A DNA stretch of 25,417 nucleotides from a virus (Duplodnaviria; Heunggongvirae; Uroviricota; Caudoviricetes): IMG/VR virus record IMGVR_UViG_3300025121_000033; one strand, given 5' to 3'. Below, piece after piece: positions 7,795-13,979 of the stretch. Made by a program: the position numbers and the translations under genes. The stretch's first letter is position 1. Each line of letters starts with the position of its first letter. Below the pieces are notes generated by a model, which worked only from the letters and a program-made list of their open reading frames with translations, did no database searches and had not been told where the DNA came from.

Positions 7795-10700
7795 TTATTG
7801 ATTATATTTAATATTTAAAGGATATAAACCAATACCGGCATAAGCGCTTAAAATTGCGCGTTCAGTCGCGGTAACGCGTGACTCTTTTGTAGATTTACCA
7901 ACTGGTGTTTTACCCTTAACAGCATAACCAACCTTTCTATACTTATAACTTGGGATATAAGGAAGCGCCACCTCAGGCGTCACTAACCCCAAACCGGCGA
8001 GGTTCGCTGGAAAGACAGTTTCACCAAGACTACGCGCAAAGTATCCAGCTTTCTGAGCGATAGTGGCATCTTGTGGATATAGCGGCTGATCGAAAATACC
8101 GGTTGGGTTTGTGTCACGCAATAAAATCGGGACAATAAAATAATCCGTAACTAACTGCCCTTCAGGAGTTTTCAATAGCGGAATCGAATCGATTATCTTA
8201 ACTATAGCACCACCGACTGTGTCTTCCGTGCGTCTCTCTGACGGTTCAAAGATATTCATCGTCATATGCGAAAAAAACGCGGCCATATTTATATACACAG
8301 GGCTATCTCTAAAAAACGGTATACTAACCATACCGTTCTCTTTCATCCAACTGTAGTATGGGGAATTCAAGGCATCTTTTTCAAGTGGGGAGCGACCGCC
8401 ATTCAGTTCATTAATCAAGAATTGAGCTTTATTAAAAAATGCCGGGTTATAAAGCGCGGTCTGCCCGGTCTTCGCGAGCATAGCGTAAGCAAAACTCGCA
8501 AACGGCATACCGACAAGAGGCATCGAGCGCATTACCTTAACAGCAGTCGGCATAGCGGCGTAGTTCATATAGACGTCACTCGCTACATCAGCAGCTTTTA
8601 AACCGCTAAATTTCCAACGATCAGTCCCGGTATCATGAAAAACATCAACACCGTACTGCACTGGATTAAATCTTTTTAATATCGTCAATTCTTTTTCAGT
8701 GATTCCATTTTTTACCAGATGCGCTGCCAAACCAAGTTTGTACGATTGGTCGGTAGCTTCGAAGAGGGACACCGGCTTATTAAAAACATAATCAAGCGCT
8801 TTGCCCCACAACTTCCCATCATCAGCTGCTTCTTTAGCGGCCGACATCATGTCTTTCCAATAACTTGCAGACCCTAGTTCTTGCGAAATATAAGTAGTCT
8901 CAAGTTCATTACCAGAAATTATTCCACGCTTTTCTAAATTTAATAAAAGTTCTTTTTTAGCTTGTTCGCGCAAACTTTCAAGTTCAACAGTATTAAGTGT
9001 CGGCATCTCCATCTCACGCAAATATTTTGTCATTACTTCGTGGAATCCCGCCTGCGGATTAGTTAATAAATCAGGCCTGATTTTAAATACAGCATAAAAC
9101 ACGTCAGGATAAACTTCAGCCAATTCTTTAAACTCAGGGTGGTTCATTAATTGCATCAAACTAACAGAAGTCTCGCCAGTGCCGAGGGCCTTAAGCGCAG
9201 CGCCAATACCGCTTTTCATTTCTCGCAAAAATCCAGGGTCAGCGATATTGATACCGTACATGTTTGTCATCACCGCGTTGTTCAGCATCGCGAGCGCTGT
9301 AGAAGAAAGTTGACCGATTTTAGTCGTCTTAAACATGTCGATAAAAGCGCGGTACCCCTTCATGATTTGTTCGCCTTTTAATTTATCTTTTACAATCCAC
9401 ATTTGAGAAAATTTACGCGCCGCGTCATCAAACGCTTTCCACCCTGTTTCCGGTTGCGCAAAATCTTTTAATTCGCGCAGTATCGATCGCGCCTCTTCCA
9501 TGGAAACGCCGGCGTCTTTTAATTCTTTAGCTCTTACCTTAATAGTCAAATCATCAAGGAATTCATTGGTTAAAAGATTTTTAAGTTGGTCATGGTCAAA
9601 GTTTTTAGCCTCAGAAGATAAACTCGTCATTAAATCACGCGCCTCGTCAAGAGTGTTCTCAGTACGCACCTTAGCGAATGTGCTTGGGCCCTTCATCATT
9701 GCTTCAAGTTCTTCTTTCGCCATGGCGAGTACATCTGTTTCAGTCGGCATAACACCAAAGCGGTCTCTCATCAAATCAGAAAGTTGTTGCGTCATTTCCT
9801 GCGGTGTTCCTTCGAGTCTATACGTATCACGGAGAGTGCCATCAGCGTCAGCCATAGTAGTCATAGTAGGGAATTTTGCTCTATCCTCTTTAACTATTTT
9901 CGATACCACACCTTTTTTCGCCTCGTGCCCCAACCACCCGCGCGCGCCACCGAGTTCTTGGTACTTAACAGCTTTTTCAGTGCGCTCAACTAAACGCTTA
10001 AAATAATCTTGCGGTGAATATTTAAAATATGAAGCAAATTTCCCGGCGAGTTCCGGGTTTGCGTCAGCCATCTTAGAAAAAACCATATCTGACGCGTTCT
10101 TAATTACGCCTGGGTCGCCTAAGAATTTCTCAGCCGTCCATCCAGTCGCAGCGCGGTACCCTTCTTTAGCTTCAGAAGCCGCGGTCTTTAAAGCCGAACG
10201 CGCTTGTACCACTTTAGGTATAGAAATAAAATCAGCGGGCTTTGTCACCGCTTTTGCAAAATTTAATCCTGTCATTTTTAAAGCCGAAGTCAATCCTTCT
10301 ACGCCGCCTTTGGTAGCACCAGTAAAAATTCGTGGAACGAGCGCTTGGCTTCCAAATGTCACCCAGTTTATTGGGTCAAGAGCAATATCGAGCGCAAGGC
10401 CACCCGCCAAAGCCGTAGGGCCGCTAGCCCCGTACTGTCTTAATAAATCGCCAAAAGTACCACCCTCCTCCATATTGGCTTTTATGTTAGCCAACCCTTT
10501 CTTAGTCCCTTTGCCTAAAGCAGCCTCAACGCCGCCAACAATACCATAAAGCGGTAGCCCTAAACCATGCAGTGCGCGATTAATAACCCCCTGTGGCTTT
10601 TTGCGTGGAGCCAATTCCTCTGCGCTTAAAACTTTTCCTTTATTCTTCGCCGCTTCGTCCTCATACCAGTTTTTCTGAATCTCTAAATCACGCGCACCAG

Positions 10701-10842
10701 TCTCTCGCGCCTTAATACGCGCTAACTGCTTACTCAAAGAGATATCAGAAGAAGACGGAGCTGTCCCAGTCCCGTAAGCAGTAGGCGAAGACTGTAATTT
10801 TTTCTCAATTTCTTTGCGCTGAGCCGAAAGAGTATCCGCCAT
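7795..10842 (-). CDS. Large protein (1015 aa), probable internal virion / DNA-ejection protein
   Basis: Ala/Gly-rich amphipathic N-terminal region with LALDIALDPINWVTFG and a C-terminal YAAMP...PLVGMPFASFAY segment, both reminiscent of podovirus ejection/large polyvalent proteins. No catalytic motif recognised. The CDS is certain; the function is inferred. Confidence 0.6.
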   Translation of the reverse strand: MADTLSAQRKEIEKKLQSSPTAYGTGTAPSSSDISLSKQLARIKARETGARDLEIQKNWYEDEAAKNKGKVLSAEELAPRKKPQGVINRALHGLGLPLYGIVGGVEAALGKGTKKGLANIKANMEEGGTFGDLLRQYGASGPTALAGGLALDIALDPINWVTFGSQALVPRIFTGATKGGVEGLTSALKMTGLNFAKAVTKPADFISIPKVVQARSALKTAASEAKEGYRAATGWTAEKFLGDPGVIKNASDMVFSKMADANPELAGKFASYFKYSPQDYFKRLVERTEKAVKYQELGGARGWLGHEAKKGVVSKIVKEDRAKFPTMTTMADADGTLRDTYRLEGTPQEMTQQLSDLMRDRFGVMPTETDVLAMAKEELEAMMKGPSTFAKVRTENTLDEARDLMTSLSSEAKNFDHDQLKNLLTNEFLDDLTIKVRAKELKDAGVSMEEARSILRELKDFAQPETGWKAFDDAARKFSQMWIVKDKLKGEQIMKGYRAFIDMFKTTKIGQLSSTALAMLNNAVMTNMYGINIADPGFLREMKSGIGAALKALGTGETSVSLMQLMNHPEFKELAEVYPDVFYAVFKIRPDLLTNPQAGFHEVMTKYLREMEMPTLNTVELESLREQAKKELLLNLEKRGIISGNELETTYISQELGSASYWKDMMSAAKEAADDGKLWGKALDYVFNKPVSLFEATDQSYKLGLAAHLVKNGITEKELTILKRFNPVQYGVDVFHDTGTDRWKFSGLKAADVASDVYMNYAAMPTAVKVMRSMPLVGMPFASFAYAMLAKTGQTALYNPAFFNKAQFLINELNGGRSPLEKDALNSPYYSWMKENGMVSIPFFRDSPVYINMAAFFSHMTMNIFEPSERRTEDTVGGAIVKIIDSIPLLKTPEGQLVTDYFIVPILLRDTNPTGIFDQPLYPQDATIAQKAGYFARSLGETVFPANLAGLGLVTPEVALPYIPSYKYRKVGYAVKGKTPVGKSTKESRVTATERAILSAYAGIGLYPLNIKYNQ

Positions 10843-10869
10843 AATAAAAAATTAACATTTTATACTTAA

Positions 10870-10898
10870 AATATACCACAAGTACGCATTTCTATCAA
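10870..10898 (-). promoter_or_regulatory. Sigma70-like promoter with conserved spacer 12-mer TGCGTACTTGTG
   Basis: Minus strand TTGATA-17nt-TATATT with TG extended -10; 12-mer at 10877-10888; -10 lies 28 nt upstream of ATG 10842. Confidence 0.7.
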
Positions 10899-10957
10899 AT
10901 TTTTAAAGAAAAAATCTCAAAAATGAAAAAATTTATCACTTTTAAGTCAAAATCAAC

Positions 10958-10981
10958 AAAAAAAGAGCGAAATTCGCTCTT
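10958..10981 (-). terminator. Rho-independent terminator of the HU-like gene
   Basis: Minus strand AAGAGCGA-ATT-TCGCTCTT followed by a T run, starting 5 nt after the stop at 10986. Confidence 0.75.
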
Positions 10982-10985
10982 AATT

Positions 10986-11297
10986 TTACTTTTTTATCTG
11001 TTTTCCCTCGTTAAGATACAAAACTATCTTCCGACAAGGCGTAAAGCGCAACACTTTTTTCCCTTCCTTAACCATTCTTTCGCCAGTGTTAACGTTAATC
11101 CCAGGCCTATCGCCCAACTTCTTTATCTTAAACTCCCCTAAATCAGGCAGAACGGCAAGACCAAGGTTGCGCGCATCGCGGAAAAGCACAGTGACAATCG
11201 ATCTGTAAATATTCTTAACCGTGGCGATCGAATTGACCCCAGCTTCAGCTCCAACTTTATAAAAAAACTCATCCCCCTGTTCTTTTGTGATCTTCAT
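10986..11297 (-). CDS. HU/IHF-family histone-like DNA-binding protein
   Basis: LPDLGEFKIKKLGDRPGINVNTGERM...KKVLRFTPCRKI matches the HU beta-arm signature (GFGxF...RxGRNPxTGE...FxP); 103 aa. Confidence 0.85.
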   Translation of the reverse strand: MKITKEQGDEFFYKVGAEAGVNSIATVKNIYRSIVTVLFRDARNLGLAVLPDLGEFKIKKLGDRPGINVNTGERMVKEGKKVLRFTPCRKIVLYLNEGKQIKK

Positions 11298-11309
11298 ATA
11301 TTTTAATTA

Positions 11310-11463
11310 CCCCTAGCGGGCGAGGAGTAATATAACGCTTAAAGGAATATTTCCCATTCGGCGTTAGCGGCTTTCCTCGCCTCCGCTTACAATAGCGCAT
11401 AGCGTAGATAACTAGTCCACTCCATGGTTATTCTAAAAGCGGTGATTCGCCGCCAGCTAGGGG
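11310..11463. ncRNA. Unassigned closed multi-stem structured element (154 nt)
   Basis: Intergenic. Closing stem CCCCTAGC(11310-17)/GCTAGGGG(11456-63); inner stems GGGCGAGGAG/TTTCCTCGCCT, TAACGC/GCGTTA, GGAA/TTCC, ATAACTA/TGGTTAT and GCGGTG/CGCCGC. Confidence 0.55.
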
Positions 11464-11485
11464 CGAATAATCTTACTTAACCAGT

Positions 11486-11944
11486 CTAAACAGCTTCGCC
11501 TTCACCTTCTGGTAGAGGTTCTTCAACAGCGCCTTCGCTTTGTTCAACAACTGGTTCAGTTGGTTCAACAGCTCCGCCCATCTCTTCGCTACCTTCTGGC
11601 GCAAGAGCGACAGCGTCGGTGGCGTCAGGCGTGAGGCTTCCTGATTCAGAAGCTCCGGCAGCGTCGGAGGGGGAAAAATCCTCGTCCGGCGAAGGCAAGG
11701 TTTGTTCTTCTACGACCGGATCGATTTTCAACTCCATCTCTGGCACCAGCTCTACGTTGTCCTTAAACACCTCATCGGTTACTTCTTTTTCCAGAACCAA
11801 ACCGTGGTCTAGTAGAGAGCCTAAAAAGCCCATACTTACTTGCCCATTGTACTGGTCTAGTTCGTCTTTCGCCAGCTTAAACGCTTGCGCCGCAGTCAAT
11901 TCCCCATTCTTAACGCGGTGCAACAAGCTTTGTTCCATGTCCAT
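11486..11944 (-). CDS. Acidic hypothetical protein with a disordered E/P/A-rich C-terminal half (152 aa)
   Basis: Track ORF, AATATG start; first gene of the minus block. Confidence 0.75.
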   Translation of the reverse strand: MDMEQSLLHRVKNGELTAAQAFKLAKDELDQYNGQVSMGFLGSLLDHGLVLEKEVTDEVFKDNVELVPEMELKIDPVVEEQTLPSPDEDFSPSDAAGASESGSLTPDATDAVALAPEGSEEMGGAVEPTEPVVEQSEGAVEEPLPEGEGEAV

Positions 11945-11983
11945 ATTGTTTGATATCCCCCATTAGTCTGGGGTCATTGTTTA

Positions 11984-12012
11984 AGTTTGACACAAGTACG
12001 CACAAGCGTCAA
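11984..12012 (-). promoter_or_regulatory. Sigma70-like promoter with conserved spacer 12-mer TGCGTACTTGTG
   Basis: Minus strand TTGACG-17nt-CAAACT; 12-mer at 11991-12002; also spanned by the inverted repeat TTGAC(11987-91)...GTCAA(12008-12). Confidence 0.55.
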
Positions 12013-12029
12013 CCGCTTTTCGCGCTTTC

Positions 12030-12360
12030 CGCGTCAGGCGTTTCAGTTTTATATCATTTTTGTACATTATCTGAAACGGGTTAAACCAGTCGCTAGACGG
12101 GAGGGCGGGCAAAAGTTTAAAAAATTGGCGGATTTTTTTGTAGCCCGGAGGGTGGTATGCCCTTGGCGTTTTTTGGGGAAGTGGTGTTTAGCCGGTAGCC
12201 TGTAGCTGTTACGCATTGTGGATGGTTTAAAAAGACAAAAAGACGCGAGTGGGTTATTCCCCCACCCCCCTCTGAAATCCCTACGGACCCGAAGAGAACA
12301 ACCCCCCCCTAGGGCCCACCGCGTCGTAGCGTCATCGTCGTGCCCTATAGCCCACGCCCG
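12030..12360. other. Non-coding divergent region with G-run then C-run tracts
   Basis: No ORF with the genome's start context. + strand G runs (GGGAGGGCGGG near 12100) switch to C runs (C5, C6, C3, C3, C8 at 12259-12309). Confidence 0.5.
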
Positions 12361-12382
12361 TGTGCCCGTCGCTACTCTCTTT

Positions 12383-12413
12383 TGGACAGTGTCACCACTG
12401 TCCGTTATAAAAT
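12383..12413 (+). promoter_or_regulatory. Sigma70-like promoter for the plus block, with an overlapping perfect dyad
   Basis: TGGACA(12383-88)-17nt-TATAAA(12406-11), or 19 nt to TAAAAT(12408-13); dyad GGACAGTG-TCAC-CACTGTCC at 12384-12403; ATG at 12427. Confidence 0.55.
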
Positions 12414-12426
12414 AAACATTAAGCAT

Positions 12427-12618
12427 ATGAACGCACTCGCTTGTGGTGTGGGTCAGCATCTTGACCTATGCGACGCAGACCTGCGCGCCGTCAACCCTGT
12501 GGCTGCTCGTGCCGCCTCAGTCTTAACGCCTGCAGACATGCACCAAATGACGCTGGATGAGTCGATACAGCGTGAGATAGAAGCAGCGCAGCAAGGCAAG
12601 TTATTCGCTGATTGTTAA
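12427..12618 (+). CDS. Hypothetical protein (63 aa)
   Basis: Track ORF 12340..12618; start moved to ATG 12427 (CATATG), downstream of the promoter. Confidence 0.55.
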   Translation: MNALACGVGQHLDLCDADLRAVNPVAARAASVLTPADMHQMTLDESIQREIEAAQQGKLFADC

Positions 12619-12622
12619 ACAT

Positions 12623-12769
12623 ATGCCGAGGACGCACTACACAGTCGTAGACAAAGAGAGTAACACAACTTACGACTATCTGAACTTCTTTGAAGCCAGA
12701 AGCAAATTAGTAGAGCTCGTTACGCTCGGCATAGCCACGTATATGTTCAGCCAAAGACTTTACGCGTAG
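12623..12769 (+). CDS. Hypothetical protein (48 aa)
   Basis: Not in the track. Hand translation MPRTHYTVVDKESNTTYDYLNFFEARSKLVELVTLGIATYMFSQRLYA*; CATATG start 5 nt after the previous stop. Confidence 0.55.
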   Translation: MPRTHYTVVDKESNTTYDYLNFFEARSKLVELVTLGIATYMFSQRLYA

Positions 12770-12813
12770 CGCGACTACTATCTTTTGGTAATTTAATAAT
12801 TAACTTTAATCAT

Positions 12814-13068
12814 ATGGCATCAGTCCAAACACCAGACGCAAAAAAGCAATACCCAGAAATGGAACGCACATTCGTCGGCAGAGGCTGGCAGAATAAAACT
12901 CAAGATGGCCGTGAGTTTATCAATTTACGCATTGACAGAGGAGTCGCCGCGCAGGTTGATGAGACTTGCCAATTTCAGTTATGGCCAAACAAGAAACGTG
13001 AAGGCAAAAAAGATGCTGATTTCCGCCTCAGCATTCTTATTCCGAAATCAGCGGTAGCACAAGCTTAA
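12814..13068 (+). CDS. DUF736-like small beta protein
   Basis: VGRGWQNKTQDGREFINLRID...FQLWPNKKREGKKDADFRLSI follows the DUF736 pattern (iGaaW...G..YlSl.lD ... l..n.......PDyr). Confidence 0.65.
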   Translation: MASVQTPDAKKQYPEMERTFVGRGWQNKTQDGREFINLRIDRGVAAQVDETCQFQLWPNKKREGKKDADFRLSILIPKSAVAQA

Positions 13069-13075
13069 TGCTTGG

Positions 13076-13111
13076 GGAGGCAGTAGAGTTATTCTACTGC
13101 CTTCTTTTTTT
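13076..13111 (+). terminator. Rho-independent terminator
   Basis: GGAGGCAGTAGA-GTTAT-TCTACTGCCTTC (12 bp, one GU) followed by T7, 8 nt after the stop. Confidence 0.85.
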
Positions 13112-13140
13112 CAACGTCCGTGCGTGTTCGCTACTTTCTT

Positions 13141-13525
13141 TTGCGTGGTGATCAAACCACTCTGCCTGAACTATAGTTCGGACGGAAAACTTCATCACGC
13201 AACTTAAGCTAACAAGCGCGGGTGCATCTTAAACGGGAAAGATGCTTAAATCACCTTCCTCTTCTCGCCATTTGCAACGTTAGTGCCCTTTGATGGGACT
13301 GAAACAGTGGAGACTAAGGAGAATGACTCAGGAGCCTGCGCTTCGAAGCTTTTTAATTTGATAATTTACCTTAAGAGGGTATGTCCGCCGTTCGACTCGG
13401 CAGGCAGGGTGTGAATGAAATAATATTGTTGTGTGCCCAAGTTTAACGAGAAATGGGGTACATTTAAATATCTCGTTTGGCGATATTATTTGTCAGTCAT
13501 TCTGGCACACACCTCCTTGGGCAAG
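13141..13525 (+). ncRNA. Unassigned large structured RNA or structured leader (~385 nt)
   Basis: ORF-free region with consecutive helical domains whose GU pairs work on the + strand; includes a TTCGACT T-loop hairpin at 13387-13401 (see findings). Confidence 0.6.
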
Positions 13526-13548
13526 TTATCAATAATTTATTTTTAATT

Positions 13549-13725
13549 ATGAAAGAATTAATAAACTTAATAAATCAAATTGGCACAATTAATATCCAAC
13601 GCGGCCTCACAGTTGAAGTTAAGATATTAGATGTCAGAAAATCATACGGTAAAATTCAATACCAAGTATCCCCCACCCGCGGAAGCGGAGCGACGTGGGT
13701 TGAAAATGTTAACGATATAAAATAA
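13549..13725 (+). CDS. Small hypothetical phage protein (58 aa)
   Basis: Track ORF 13477..13725; start moved to ATG 13549 (MKELINL); VKILDVRKSYGKIQYQVSP beta-rich motif. Confidence 0.7.
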   Translation: MKELINLINQIGTINIQRGLTVEVKILDVRKSYGKIQYQVSPTRGSGATWVENVNDIK

Positions 13726-13729
13726 TTTT

Positions 13730-13975
13730 ATGCAGAAAAAATTTACTTGTCCCTCATGCAAAAAAAGCTCAACAAAAATATTATATTGCTCACAAAGAAC
13801 AGTATACGCCAATTACAATCTAGCACAACGCAAATTCACATCTAAACTAGTAATGTCTCATAACGAAATCCCAGAAAAATTCAGCTGCACACATTGCCAA
13901 TACATACTAAAAATCGAAGATTATGATCAAGTACAATTTGATAAAATAAATAGGCCGAACTTTAATACTAAATAA
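13730..13975 (+). CDS. Zn-ribbon hypothetical protein
   Basis: CPSC...CTHC pair of motifs; tiles with its neighbours. Confidence 0.65.
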   Translation: MQKKFTCPSCKKSSTKILYCSQRTVYANYNLAQRKFTSKLVMSHNEIPEKFSCTHCQYILKIEDYDQVQFDKINRPNFNTK

Positions 13976-13979
13976 TTTT

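Larger units (their letters stand above)
12369..13143 (+). repeat. Three dispersed copies of CTACTNTCTTTTG (12372-84, 12775-87, 13131-43)
   Basis: Copies: TCGCTACTCTCTTTTGG, GCGACTACTATCTTTTGG and TCGCTACTTTCTTTTGC; all intergenic and in the same orientation. Confidence 0.7.

Noticed and set aside
560-10549. Plus-strand track ORFs in the left block (560..907, 1158..1484, 1345..1587, 2576..2818, 7080..7733, 8266..8601, 9500..10006 and others)
   Set aside because: Antisense shadows of minus-strand genes that have recognisable motifs and the consistent start context; their translations are F/L/S-biased.
11281-11300. Near-identical 20-nt sequence at the starts of the HU gene (11281-11300) and the last ORF (~25340-25359), both encoding MKITK
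   Set aside because: Explained by the shared TATATG context plus common A-rich N-terminal codons; similarity stops after five codons, and ORF 7170 also starts MKI.
11340-11390. RNase P-like GAGGAAAG on the minus strand of the 154-nt element
   Set aside because: It is followed by CCGC rather than TCC, the complementary 3' P4 strand is absent, and the element is too short.
11987-11992. Perfect TTGACA on the + strand as a rightward promoter
   Set aside because: No acceptable -10 hexamer at 16-18 nt (CAACCG); it is better explained as part of the leftward promoter and its inverted repeat.
11987-12459. Track ORFs 11987..12205 (+), 12067..12459 (-) and 12218..12415 (+)
   Set aside because: They cross promoter motifs and homopolymer tracts, have R/P/G-biased translations and lack the genome's start context.
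13141-13525. tmRNA (standard or permuted), RNase P RNA, group I/II intron or hammerhead ribozyme
   Set aside because: No GGGGC.../...CCA acceptor with G3-U70; no GAGGAAAGTCC P4; GAGACTA (13310-16) has no downstream TAGTC P7 partner; no group II domain V; TTTGATG...GAAAC lacks the CTGANGA core and stem II.
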